Positions 1 through 9,974 are shown, numbered from the stretch's first letter. The stretch is 64,000 nt of DNA from Candidatus Multivoradales bacterium (GCA_965223855.1 CBDCXM010000009.1:1920001-1984000), one strand, 5' to 3'. Translations and numbers: made by a program. Notes: generated by a model from the sequence alone, not told the origin.

Positions 1-48
1 GTAGCCGGTGCCACAGACCGGCGGCCGCTGTCGGCTTAGCGTCAGGAG

Positions 49-3030
49 GTGATTACAGGAGAGGTGATTCCAGGCAGGTATGCGTGGTTCGCCCTGGCCG
101 TCGCGTGCGCGGGGGCGCTGACGCCCGCGGCGCTCGCGGCCGGCGCCGTCGATTTCGACATCGTCTACGTCCGGCAGCCGCGCTTCGGCGATCTCGTGAA
201 CACGACCTGGCCGGAGATCTTCCATCCGGCGCGCGCCGACCCGGGCGCCGACCTGATGCTGCTCCACCCCGACGGCAGCGAGGAGGTGCTGGTCGATTGC
301 ACGGTCTGCTCGGTGACCGACCCGTTTGTCTCCTTCGACGGAGAGGCGGTCTACTACGCGCTCTTCCATGACCTCACCCAGGTCAACGGACAGCGAAACG
401 ACCTGCCGCTCCTCGGGGCCGATCTCTTCCGCATCGATCTCGAGACACGGGTGATCACCCAGCTGACCTTCGGGGAGTTCACCCCCAACACCGGCGCCGG
501 CAACTGGGACGAGTCGAACCCGCTCGACCCCGATCCACAGTTCAATCGCCTCGGCTACGGCGTCCTCAACCTCGGGCCGGTGCCGGTGGCCGGCGGGCGG
601 ATCGCGTTCACCTCGAACCGCAACGGCTTCACTCCGCCGAAGACGTTCACCGCGCCGACGATGCAGCTCTACGTGATGGACGAGGACGGCTCGAACGTCG
701 AGGCGATCGCGCCGATGTCGATCAACTCGGCTCTCCATCCGACGCCGCTCGTCGACGGTCGACTGATGTTCTCGAGCTACGAGAGTCAGGGTTTGCGGGA
801 TCGGCGCCTCTGGGGCATCTGGACGATCCAGCCCGACGGTCGGAACTGGGCGCCGATGGTGAGCGCCTTCCGCTCGCCCCAGGCCTTCCACTTCATGACC
901 CAACTCTCGGGCGGCGACATCGTCGTCGTCGACTACTACAACCTCAACAACAACGGGTTCGGAGCGCTCCTGCGCTTTCCGGTCGATCCACCGCCGGGTG
1001 AGCCGCCGTTTCACAGCGCCTTCCCCGACGAGAACCCGGCGATCAACCAGACGGTCGGCGGGGGATTCCTCTACCCCTACCGGATGTCGTTCACTCCCAA
1101 AGGGGCCTACTCGATCTCGCCGTTCACGCACGGCAACGACGAGGCGGCTCCGGAGGGGAGCGGTGGGGTCAGGGTGGGGAAGTTCACCCACCCGTCGGCC
1201 GCACCGGCGAACGACCTGCTGGTGGTGTGGACTCCCGGCCCGGCGAACGATCTCAACCGGCCGACACCGCTGCCGTACTACGACGGCGGCCTCTACCTGC
1301 TGCCGGGAGGGGACGAGATCTGGGATCCGGCGGCGCTCGTGGAACTCAGGAACGACCCTGCCTACAACGAGGCGTGGCCGCGGGCGGTCCTCTCCTATGC
1401 GGACCTCTACGGAGTCGCCGAGCCCGCCGAGCTGCCGTGGCTTCCGAACGACGGCTCGCTCCATGCCGAGCTGCCGCCAGGTACCCCGTACGGCCTCGTC
1501 GGCTCGAGTTCGCTCTACCACCGCGAGAGCTTCCCGGGTCACGTCAAACCGTGGGCCGACACCTTCGACGGGCTCGACGCCTTCAACACCTCCGAGAACG
1601 GCCAGTCGAGCAACTGGAGCTTCCAGGGCGCGGACGCCGGCAGCTACGACGACAGCGAGATCTGGGCGCTCAGGATCGTCGCTCTCGAGCCCAATACTCA
1701 CCGCAGCTACGGGCCCAACGACGGGCGGCACTTTCACAACCATGCCAACGAGCGTCATCGGATCCTTGGCGAGATCCCGGTGCGAAAGTTCGACGGTGAC
1801 GGCGATCCTGTGCTCGACCCGCACGGCAACCCCGACACGAGCTTCCTGGCGAAGATCCCGGCGGATACGCCCTTCACCTTCCAGACCCTCGACCGCAAGG
1901 GGAGGATGCTCAACATGGCGCAGACGTGGCACCAGGTCCGGCCGGGGGAGATGAGGGTCAACTGCGGCGGCTGCCACGCTCACAGCCGACAGCCGCTCGC
2001 TTTCGAGAGCACGGCGGCCGGCCAGGCGGGCTATCCGGTCTGGGATCTGACGGAGGAGACTCCGCTGGTCACCGCCGACGGTGCCGGCGACCCCGATCTG
2101 CTGGTGGTGCCGGCTTCGCTGGTCGACGTCGAGTTCCACCGCGACATCCGTCCGATCCTCCAGAGCCGCTGCGTGAGCTGCCACACGCAGACCGACGCCA
2201 CGCCGCCCGCCGATCTGGTGCTCGACGACCTCGCCTTCTACGACGGACTGCCGGGCGATTACAAGCGCCTTGCCGACGACAGCGACGCCGACTTCGGCCT
2301 GCCACCTGTGATCTCGAACGGCACCTGGCGTCAGACCAACGCCAGCCGGTACGTGCGCAAGTTCCAGAGCCGTCGCAGCCTGCTGGTGTGGAAGATCCTC
2401 GGCGAGCGTAGCGACGGCTGGACCAACGCCGACCATCCGACCGAGTCGATCCCGGGAGACCCGTCCACCCTGCCGCCTGGAGCGGAGGCGAACGAGGCCG
2501 ACCTGGACTTCGTCGGCTCTGCGATGCCGCCGCCCGGCCATCCGCAGCTGACCGAGGAGGAGAAGCGGGCGTTCGTCCGCTGGATCGACCTCGGTGCGCC
2601 GATCGACACGGCGGAGGGCTCGGCCGACGACGCCTTCGGCTGGTTCCTCGACGACCTCCGCCCGACCCTGACGATCCACGAGCCGGCGGCGGGGGTCATC
2701 CATGACGCGGGTCTCTTCCGGATCGGAATGGCGGACGCCAACAGCGGCCTCGACCTCGCGAGCTTCTCGCTGCGCGCCGACTTCACGGTCGAGGGCAGAT
2801 CGCCGGGGAGCGAGCTTGCGGATCTGGCGGTGCTCGAGGACACCGGGGTGTGGGTCGTGCCGTTGTCGCAGCCGCTGCCCGGGCTCGCCGAGGCGCATCT
2901 CTTCGCCGAGGTCCGGGACCTCCAAGGCAACGTCGTCAGGGTCGATCGCAGGTTCGCCACTACCGAGACGGTGTTCGCCGACGGCTTCGAGTCGGGCGAC
3001 ACCTCGGCGTGGTCGGTGACCCGGCCCTGA
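49..3030 (+). CDS. Secreted hydrazine-synthase-alpha-like beta-propeller protein with two c-type heme motifs and a C-terminal DGFE motif
   Basis: SD GGAGG before the GTG; signal peptide; TolB-like repeats (IAFTSNR, LYVMDEDGSN); HZS-alpha middle-domain-like segment (SFLAKIPADTPFTFQTLD...WHQVRPGE..CGGCH); second CVSCH; ends VFADGFESGDTSAWS. Confidence 0.75.
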   Translation: MITGEVIPGRYAWFALAVACAGALTPAALAAGAVDFDIVYVRQPRFGDLVNTTWPEIFHPARADPGADLMLLHPDGSEEVLVDCTVCSVTDPFVSFDGEAVYYALFHDLTQVNGQRNDLPLLGADLFRIDLETRVITQLTFGEFTPNTGAGNWDESNPLDPDPQFNRLGYGVLNLGPVPVAGGRIAFTSNRNGFTPPKTFTAPTMQLYVMDEDGSNVEAIAPMSINSALHPTPLVDGRLMFSSYESQGLRDRRLWGIWTIQPDGRNWAPMVSAFRSPQAFHFMTQLSGGDIVVVDYYNLNNNGFGALLRFPVDPPPGEPPFHSAFPDENPAINQTVGGGFLYPYRMSFTPKGAYSISPFTHGNDEAAPEGSGGVRVGKFTHPSAAPANDLLVVWTPGPANDLNRPTPLPYYDGGLYLLPGGDEIWDPAALVELRNDPAYNEAWPRAVLSYADLYGVAEPAELPWLPNDGSLHAELPPGTPYGLVGSSSLYHRESFPGHVKPWADTFDGLDAFNTSENGQSSNWSFQGADAGSYDDSEIWALRIVALEPNTHRSYGPNDGRHFHNHANERHRILGEIPVRKFDGDGDPVLDPHGNPDTSFLAKIPADTPFTFQTLDRKGRMLNMAQTWHQVRPGEMRVNCGGCHAHSRQPLAFESTAAGQAGYPVWDLTEETPLVTADGAGDPDLLVVPASLVDVEFHRDIRPILQSRCVSCHTQTDATPPADLVLDDLAFYDGLPGDYKRLADDSDADFGLPPVISNGTWRQTNASRYVRKFQSRRSLLVWKILGERSDGWTNADHPTESIPGDPSTLPPGAEANEADLDFVGSAMPPPGHPQLTEEEKRAFVRWIDLGAPIDTAEGSADDAFGWFLDDLRPTLTIHEPAAGVIHDAGLFRIGMADANSGLDLASFSLRADFTVEGRSPGSELADLAVLEDTGVWVVPLSQPLPGLAEAHLFAEVRDLQGNVVRVDRRFATTETVFADGFESGDTSAWSVTRP

Positions 3031-3050
3031 CGTCCCACGGCGCCCGCCCT

Positions 3051-3330
3051 CTAGGGGCTTGCTGAAGAACCCTCGTGGGTCGCGCGCCAAGGGTTTGTGG
3101 TGCAGATCCAAGGCGCGAGGAGGAGGCGATGCCGTAGCATCGTCGACGACGAGCAACGCCGGAGATGTGCCGCAACCCCTTGGCGCCCTTCGGGTTGCGG
3201 CGGTGTGGAGGCTCCAGCTGCGTTGCTGCGGCTCAACGATGCCACCGCATCGCCTGCGCCGCAGACGCCTCGCTGGAGCCACCACAGCGTCCGCAACGCG
3301 ACCCACGAGGGTTCTTCAGCAAGCCCCTAG
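3051..3330. mobile_element. MITE / REPIN-like non-autonomous element, 280 bp
   Basis: Perfect 34-bp terminal inverted repeats CTAGGGGCTTGCTGAAGAACCCTCGTGGGTCGCG (3051-3084 / 3297-3330) with CTAG at both ends; nested internal palindromes; no credible ORF. Confidence 0.85.
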
Positions 3331-3353
3331 GTGCGCGGGCTATGCTCGCGGAC

Positions 3354-4236
3354 ATGAAGGCGCTCAGGACACCGGACGATCGTTTCGAGGGGCTCTCCGA
3401 CTACGACTTCGAGCCTCACTACCTGGAGCTCGGAGACGGCCTGCGGATGCACTATCTGGACGAGGGGCCGCGCGACGCGCGCCCGATCGTCATGCTCCAC
3501 GGCGAACCGTCGTGGTCGTACCTCTACCGCTTCATGGTTCCGCCCTGCGCCGAACGCTACCGGGTGCTCGCACCCGACCTCGTCGGCTTCGGCCGCTCCG
3601 ACAAGCCGTCGCGGATCGACGACTACAGCTATCAGTCTCACATCGACTGGCTTCGTGAGTGGTTCGAGGCGCTCGAACTTCGCGAGGTCACTCTGGTCTG
3701 CCAGGACTGGGGCTCTCTCCTCGGTCTGCGGCTCGCCGCCGAGAACGAGGCCTGGTTCTCACGCATCACCGTCGGCAACGGCTTCCTTTCGACCGGCGAG
3801 CGGAAGATGCCGGGTGTCTTCCAGTGGTGGAAGCGCTTCGCCCGCTGGTCGCCGTGGTTCCCGATCGCGCGCATCGTCGATGCGGGCACCCGTCGCAAGC
3901 TGAGCGCCGCCGAGAGGGCGGCCTACGACGCGCCGTTCCCGTCGTCGGCCTACAAGGCGGGTACGCGAGCCTTTCCGCGCCTGGTACCGGCAAGCCCCGA
4001 CGACCCCGCCGCGCCCGCCTGCCGCGCGGCATGGGAGCGGCTCGGGCGGTGGGAGAAGCCCTTCCTCACCTTCTTCGGCGCCGGCGACCCGATCCTCGGC
4101 CGCGCCGACCGGCCGCTTCAGGAGCACATCCCCGGCTGCCAGGGGCAGCCCCACCAGAGGGTTCGCGCCGGCCACTTCCTGCAGGAGGACGTCGGCGCCG
4201 AATGGGCGCAGGCGATCCTCGACTGGCTCCGCCTGA
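3354..4236 (+). CDS. Haloalkane dehalogenase (alpha/beta hydrolase); natural stop apparently shifted by a 1-bp insertion near 4230
   Basis: LRTPDDRF start, [22 protein letters not shown] nucleophile motif, GHFLQED; CTCCGCCTGA would read L-A-stop with one C fewer. Confidence 0.85.
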
Positions 4237-4250
4237 ACGAGGTAGCCGGG

Positions 4251-5246
4251 CTAGAACTCGAGCAGCAGCCCGGCCCAGTGGAAGCCGGCGCCGAACGAGA
4301 CGAGGAGCACCAGGTCGCCGGCGGAGATCCGCCTCTCGTCGCGCGCCTGGGTGAGGGCGAGCGGCACCGAAGCGGAACCGGTGTTGCCGAAGCTCGCGAC
4401 GTTCGAGAAGAGCTGCCCGGGAGCGAGTTCCAGGCGCCTGGCCACCGCGTCGAGGATGCGCTGATTGGCCTGGTGGGGCACGACCAGCGCGACCTCCTCG
4501 AGAGTCCGATCCGCCTCCCGCAGGAGGTCGACGGCGACGTCGCTCATCCGCTTCACCGCCTCCTTGAAGACCTCGCGACCGTTCATGACCAGCCGGCGGT
4601 GAAGGCCGGCGGTCGCGACCTCGACGGAGAACGGCAGCCGCGTACCGCCCGCTTCGAGACCGAGGATGTCGGCCCTGCTGCCGTCGGTCCCCGCCGCCGC
4701 TGCGAGCATGCGGACAGGGTCGTCACCCGGGCCGACGACGGCGGCCCCTGCCGCGTCGCCGAACAGCACGCAGGTGTTGCGGTCCTCCCAGTCCATCAGA
4801 CGGGTGATGAGCTCGACGGCCACGACGAGAACGTTGCCTCCCCGTTGCGCGGCGCGGCCGCGGGCGATGTCGAGGGCGAGCACGAACCCGGCGCAGCCGC
4901 TGCCGGCGAGGTCGAACGCCGGGATCTCACGGGCGCCGAGGCGATGCTGGAGGAACGCCGCCGTGTCCGGCGAGTAGGTCTCCGGCGTGTCGGTGGCGAC
5001 GATGATCTCGTCGACCTCGCCGATGCCGATCCCGGCATCGTCGAGCGCCGCACGGGCCGCCGCCTCGGCGAAGTCGACGGTCGTCTCGTCCTCGGCGGCG
5101 AAGCGGCGCTCGCGGATCCCCGTGCGGGCGCGGATCCACTCGTCGGTGGTGTCGATCCGGGCCTCCCAGTCGGCATTGGTCATCACCCGCTCGGGCACAT
5201 AGGCGCCCAGGCCGAGGAGGCCGATCGATCGTTCAGGAGGGCTCAT
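4251..5246 (-). CDS. fabH: 3-oxoacyl-ACP synthase III
   Basis: [12 protein letters not shown], catalytic Cys (GSGCAGF), PHQAN, GNTGSAS, FGAGF. Confidence 0.92.
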   Translation of the reverse strand: MSPPERSIGLLGLGAYVPERVMTNADWEARIDTTDEWIRARTGIRERRFAAEDETTVDFAEAAARAALDDAGIGIGEVDEIIVATDTPETYSPDTAAFLQHRLGAREIPAFDLAGSGCAGFVLALDIARGRAAQRGGNVLVVAVELITRLMDWEDRNTCVLFGDAAGAAVVGPGDDPVRMLAAAAGTDGSRADILGLEAGGTRLPFSVEVATAGLHRRLVMNGREVFKEAVKRMSDVAVDLLREADRTLEEVALVVPHQANQRILDAVARRLELAPGQLFSNVASFGNTGSASVPLALTQARDERRISAGDLVLLVSFGAGFHWAGLLLEF

Positions 5247-5410
5247 CACGGCGAGACGCGAGTCTAGCCCGAACGTCCTACGGCCCGGTCGAGCCGACCC
5301 TTCGCGGAGCGCCGGCTTCCACCGAGGGGTACCCGAAGCCTGTGTTACGATCCCGCGTCTAAGCCGTTGGAAGATCGGCACTTGAGCCGAGCGGACGACG
5401 GTCTCAGTGG

Positions 5411-5716
5411 ATGAATCCGATGGCCAAGAAGACCCCGACGACAGCAGAGATCGAGATCTTCGGCGCCGTCTATCCTGTTCGAGGACACAAGGATCCCGAG
5501 CACCTGGAGCATCTGGCGACCCTGGTCGACGAGAAGATGCGCGAGATCGCGCGTCAGGTTCATACCGTCGACACGGGAAAGATCGCGGTGCTCGCGGCGC
5601 TCAATCTGGCGGACGAACTGGTCCAATGCCGCGAGCGGCAGGATGGGGACCGGGGTAACGTTCACGAAACGGTGACCGCTCTGGCCGAGAAACTCGGCAA
5701 GGCAGTTCAGGGTTAG
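5411..5716 (+). CDS. zapA: Cell division protein ZapA
   Basis: IEIFGAVY...VDEKMREI...IAVLAALNLADE; lies upstream of 6S RNA. Confidence 0.9.
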   Translation: MNPMAKKTPTTAEIEIFGAVYPVRGHKDPEHLEHLATLVDEKMREIARQVHTVDTGKIAVLAALNLADELVQCRERQDGDRGNVHETVTALAEKLGKAVQG

Positions 5717-5763
5717 CTCTTTTTCTACGGGAGCGGTCGCGTGACGAGACTTGATTTGGAACA

Positions 5764-5954
5764 GGCATCCCCTGCGGAGTTCGTGATGAGTCGATGCGTT
5801 TTAGAACCTACCCCAACGTCTAGGGAGCCTCACTTCGGCGCGGCCTGTGCCAGCCCCGCGAGCACGGGGACGCTGATGGCTCGCAGAGAGGGCACCCACC
5901 TGGTACAAGCCAGGTTCTAGACTTGAGACTCACACGGCTCGTGCGGGGGATGCC
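5764..5954 (+). ncRNA. ssrS: 6S RNA
   Basis: About 190 nt; 5' arm GGCATCCCCTGCGGAGTTCGTGATGAGTC pairs with 3' arm GACTCACACGGCTCGTGCGGGGGATGCC; conserved position right after zapA. Confidence 0.85.
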
Positions 5955-6006
5955 GGTTTCTTCCTGACCCCGAGACCCACCTGAGGCTTCTTGAGGAGGC
6001 ACGAAG

Positions 6007-7566
6007 GTGGAACCGACAACCTGGATTGCGATTGCGGTCGTTCTGGCGGTCGCGTTGGCGCTGTGGTGGTGGCTGATCCGCCGCAAGGCCCATGCGGCGA
6101 TCGGCGAGGCCGAGCGGCGGGCGGGCGAGATCGTCCGCCAGGCGGAGCGTGACGGCGACGCAAAGATGCGCGAGGCGGAGGTCGCCGCGAAGGAGAAGCT
6201 CCTTCAGGCGCGCGGCGAGTTCGAGAAGGCGTCGCGCAAGCGCCGCTCGGAACTCGAGGCTCAGGAGCAACGGCTCACGCAGCGCGAGGACAAGCTCGAC
6301 CGTCGGCTCGAGGAGACGCGCTCGCGGGAAAAGGCGGTCGAGGGGCGCGAGAAGGCCGCCGGCAAGCTCGAACGCCGGCTCGAAACCAGGGTCGCCGAGC
6401 TCGACGGCGCGATCGCCGAGCAGCGCACCCGCCTCGAGCAGATCGCCGGGCTGACCGCACAGCAGGCGTCCGACGAGCTGCGTCGCTCGATGGAGGAGGA
6501 GGCCCGTCTGGACGCGGCTCACCTCGTCAAGCGGATCGAGGACGAGGCGCGCGAGAAGGCCGACCGCGAAGCGCAGCGCATCATCGGCACGGCGGTCCAG
6601 CGCTCGGCCTCCGACTACATCTCAGAGACCACGGTGTCGGTGGTCCATCTGCCGAGCGACGACATGAAGGGACGGGTCATCGGGCGCGAGGGCCGCAACA
6701 TCCGTGCTCTCGAGCTCGCCACGGGCGTCGATCTGATCGTCGACGACACGCCGGAGGCGGTGATCCTCTCGGGCTTCGACCCGTACCGGCGCGAAATCGC
6801 CCGCGTCAGCCTCGAGCGGCTGGTCAAGGACGGCCGCATTCATCCGGCGCGCATCGAAGAGGTGGTCGAGAAGGTCAAGGCCGACTTCGAGAAGCGGGTC
6901 CGGCAGGAGGGAGAGGCGGCACTGCTCGAGCTCAACATCCCGAGTGTGCACCCGGAGCTGGTCAAGCTGCTCGGTCGGCTGCGCTACCGCACCTCCTACG
7001 GCCAGAACGTGCTCCATCACTCCAAGGAGGTCGCCTTCCTCGCCGCGACCATGGCCGGTGAGCTCAAGGCGAACGTGCCGGTGGCCAAAAGGGCGGGCCT
7101 CTTCCACGACATCGGCAAGGCGGTCGACCGCGAGATGGAGGGGACCCACGTCGAACTGGGGATCGACCTGCTGCGCAAGTACGGCGAGAGCGAGGAGGTC
7201 GTTCACGGGATGGCCTGCCACCACGGCGACTACGATCCCGAGACGGTCGAGGCGGTGCTGGTGACGGCGTCGGACGCGCTCTCGGCGGCGCGCCCCGGCG
7301 CCCGTCGGGAGGTCCTCGAGACCTATGTCAAGCGACTCGAGAAGCTCGAGGAGATCGCGCGTGGCTTCAAGGGGGTGCAGAAGACCTACGCCATCCAGGC
7401 TGGGCGCGAGGTGCGGGTGATCGCCGATTGCAAGCGGGTGAGCGACGAGCAGGCGATCTGGCTGTCGAAGGACATCGCCAAGAAGGTCGAGTCCGAGCTT
7501 ACCTATCCGGGGCAGATCAAGATCACCGTCATCCGCGAGAACCGAGCGGTCGAGTACGCCAAGTGA
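6007..7566 (+). CDS. rny: Ribonuclease Y
   Basis: N-terminal TM, coiled coil, KH domain (MKGRVIGREGRNIR), HD domain (HDIGK, DALSAARPGAR). Confidence 0.97.
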   Translation: MEPTTWIAIAVVLAVALALWWWLIRRKAHAAIGEAERRAGEIVRQAERDGDAKMREAEVAAKEKLLQARGEFEKASRKRRSELEAQEQRLTQREDKLDRRLEETRSREKAVEGREKAAGKLERRLETRVAELDGAIAEQRTRLEQIAGLTAQQASDELRRSMEEEARLDAAHLVKRIEDEAREKADREAQRIIGTAVQRSASDYISETTVSVVHLPSDDMKGRVIGREGRNIRALELATGVDLIVDDTPEAVILSGFDPYRREIARVSLERLVKDGRIHPARIEEVVEKVKADFEKRVRQEGEAALLELNIPSVHPELVKLLGRLRYRTSYGQNVLHHSKEVAFLAATMAGELKANVPVAKRAGLFHDIGKAVDREMEGTHVELGIDLLRKYGESEEVVHGMACHHGDYDPETVEAVLVTASDALSAARPGARREVLETYVKRLEKLEEIARGFKGVQKTYAIQAGREVRVIADCKRVSDEQAIWLSKDIAKKVESELTYPGQIKITVIRENRAVEYAK

Positions 7567-8348
7567 AGCTGCTCTTCGTCGGCGACGTCGTCGGCAAGCC
7601 GGGCCGGCGGGCGCTCGCCACGATCCTCCCGCGGCTCATCGACGAGCACCGGGTCGACTACACGGTAGTCAACGTCGAGAACGCGGCCGGCGGGTTCGGC
7701 GTCACCGTGCCGGTGCTGGCCGAGCTCGATCAGCTGCCGATCGACTGCTACACCAGCGGCAACCACATCTGGGACAAGAAGGACGGCGTCGCCGAACTCG
7801 ACGAGGAGCCCCGCCTGCTGCGCCCCGCCAACTACCCGGAGGGGAGCGCCGGCTCCGGTCTGCACGTCGGGGAGACGGCGGCGGGTATCCGCGTGGCGAC
7901 GATCAACCTCGAGGGGCAGGTCTTCATGAAGCCGCTCGAGTCGCCGTTCCGGGTCGCCGAGCGGCTGCTCGCCGAGCTCGACGACCGGGTGAAGGTGGTG
8001 TTCGTCGACTTCCACTGCGAGGCGACGAGCGAGAAGCAGGCGTTGGGCTTCTTCCTCGACGGCCGGGTCAGCGCTGTCGTCGGGACCCACACGCACGCGC
8101 CGACGGCCGACGAGCGGATCCTCCCCGCAGGCACCGCCTTTCAGACCGACGCCGGGATGACCGGTCCCTACGAGTCGGTCATCGGCATGCGGCACGATAA
8201 GGTCGTGAAGAGATTCCTCACCCACATGCGGGAAGGGTTCGAAGTGGCGAAACGCGACGTCCGCCTCGCGGGCACCCTGATCGACATCGACGAGACCACC
8301 GGCAAGGCTCGCTCCATCGAGAGAGTGCTGGTCCCCTATGAAGGCTGA
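7563..8348 (+). CDS. ymdB: YmdB/TIGR00282 metallophosphoesterase
   Basis: GDVVGKPGR, NVENAAGG, GNHIWD, DFHCEATSEK, GTHTH, GMTGP; GTGA overlap with rny. Confidence 0.93.
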   Translation: MKLLFVGDVVGKPGRRALATILPRLIDEHRVDYTVVNVENAAGGFGVTVPVLAELDQLPIDCYTSGNHIWDKKDGVAELDEEPRLLRPANYPEGSAGSGLHVGETAAGIRVATINLEGQVFMKPLESPFRVAERLLAELDDRVKVVFVDFHCEATSEKQALGFFLDGRVSAVVGTHTHAPTADERILPAGTAFQTDAGMTGPYESVIGMRHDKVVKRFLTHMREGFEVAKRDVRLAGTLIDIDETTGKARSIERVLVPYEG

Positions 8349-8396
8349 GCGCAAGGAGGCCGGCGAGGATGAAGGGGTAAGCATGAAGGGGCGAGC

Positions 8397-9275
8397 ATGA
8401 AGACAAGGCGCTCCCTCGCGGAGCTGATCGACCACCCGGACCGGCGCAAGGTGTCGGTCATCATCACCACCTTCAACGAGGAGGTGAACATCGCCGACTG
8501 CATCGAATCGGTGCAGTGGGCCGACGAGGTGCTCGTCGTCGACTCCTTCTCGAGCGACCGGACGGTGGAGATTGCCGGTCAGTATCCGGTGCAGGTGCTG
8601 CAGCGCCAGTACTTCGGCTCGGCGGCGCAGAAGAACTGGTCGATCGACCGCGTCGCCCACGACTGGGTCTTCATTCTCGATGCCGACGAGCGGGTCACCG
8701 AGCCGCTGGCGACCGAGATGCTCGAGCTGCTGCTCGAAGAGCCGAAGGCACTCGGCTACTCGGTGCGCCGGCGCAACATCGTCTTCGATCGCGAGATCAA
8801 GCACTCCGGCTGGTCGACCGACACGGTGATCCGCCTCTTCCATCGCGAGCACGGCCGCTACCCGAACCGCCGTGTGCACGCCGACCTGGACGTTCCGGGG
8901 ACCGTGCCGATCCTCAAGCACGCCCTCCTGCACTACACCTATCGCTCGCTCGGCCAGTACATCGAGAAACTGATGAACTACGCCGAATGGGGCGCCGCGC
9001 AGGCCTTTCGAGAGGGCAGGAAGGCCGGCTTCGTCGAACTCGGCATCCGGCCGCTCTACCGCTTCATCCGCACCTACTTCCTCCAGCTGGGGATCCTCGA
9101 CGGGCTCCACGGCCTGGTCGTCTGCGGCCTCCAGGCCTACGGCACCTTCCTCAAGTACGTGACCCTGTGGGACTACCGGGTGCGCGAGCGGAAGGGCGAG
9201 AAGGTCGATCTGCCCGCCTTCGACGACAGCGCCGAGACGTGGGAGAAGCCGGCGGTCGAGCCGCCGGTGTCGTGA
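8397..9275 (+). CDS. Glycosyltransferase family 2 (WaaE/KdtX-like)
   Basis: VSVIITTFNEE, VVDSFSSDRT, LDADER, LLHYTY. Confidence 0.9.
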   Translation: MKTRRSLAELIDHPDRRKVSVIITTFNEEVNIADCIESVQWADEVLVVDSFSSDRTVEIAGQYPVQVLQRQYFGSAAQKNWSIDRVAHDWVFILDADERVTEPLATEMLELLLEEPKALGYSVRRRNIVFDREIKHSGWSTDTVIRLFHREHGRYPNRRVHADLDVPGTVPILKHALLHYTYRSLGQYIEKLMNYAEWGAAQAFREGRKAGFVELGIRPLYRFIRTYFLQLGILDGLHGLVVCGLQAYGTFLKYVTLWDYRVRERKGEKVDLPAFDDSAETWEKPAVEPPVS

Positions 9276-9310
9276 GGCAGGCCTCTTTCGACCGCACTGC
9301 TGGCTAGCCG

Positions 9311-9952
9311 TTGGACCTCAGGCGAGCAGGGTCGATCTTGGGCCGGGCCGTTCTTCTTGCGCTCTTTTCGGCGCTGTCGGCGCTGCCGATCGAAGCGGCG
9401 GAGCCGGAACGGCCCATCGAGCCCATCGTGCATCTGAACACCGATGAAGTCCTCGAGAGCCTGCCGCCGGAGTTGAGACGGAAGGAAGGGGAGCGACTGG
9501 CGCACCCGGACTTCCTGCGCATCGCCTATGTGACGCTCGATCCTTCCGAGCTCTACGCTATCGAGCAGACGGTCGTCGAGACCCGGCGGCCGGCATCGGC
9601 CCTAGTCCGCTTCACCCTTTTCCCCGACGCCGAGTACACCTACCGCCTGAACCTGAGTTGGGAACAGGACTGGAAGATCGCCAACTGGACGTTCGTCGAC
9701 CCTCACACCGCCACAGCAGCTTGGTTCGTGTGTCCGAGCGTGCGCTACCCGAAGAGCGAGCCGGGCGAGGGCAGGGTGTACCGGACTGAGGCCTGCGGTT
9801 TCAGGGTCATGCCCACGGGCCTGCCTCCGGCCTACAAGGCACGGAGGATCCATGCGGTCGAACACCTCTGGGCCATCGACGAGTACATTCCCCGTGGCAC
9901 TCACGACCAGCTGCTACGTGCGCCGGAGCAGCAAGATGAGCCGGATCGGTAG
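9311..9952 (+). CDS. Hypothetical secreted protein
   Basis: Signal-peptide-like N-terminus; plausible codon usage; no recognised family. Confidence 0.55.
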   Translation: MDLRRAGSILGRAVLLALFSALSALPIEAAEPERPIEPIVHLNTDEVLESLPPELRRKEGERLAHPDFLRIAYVTLDPSELYAIEQTVVETRRPASALVRFTLFPDAEYTYRLNLSWEQDWKIANWTFVDPHTATAAWFVCPSVRYPKSEPGEGRVYRTEACGFRVMPTGLPPAYKARRIHAVEHLWAIDEYIPRGTHDQLLRAPEQQDEPDR

Positions 9953-9974
9953 CTGACGCCTAGGTCGGCCACTC

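Noticed and set aside
49-3030. Evidence for anammox metabolism
   Set aside because: Only an alpha-like homologue is visible, with no hzsB/hzsC or hydrazine dehydrogenase, and the context is that of a heterotroph.
3165-5267. 700-aa ORF: dehalogenase fused to a long extension antisense to fabH
   Set aside because: The extension is the fabH shadow frame. Removing one C near 4230 restores a normal stop, and the N-terminal extension runs through the MITE.
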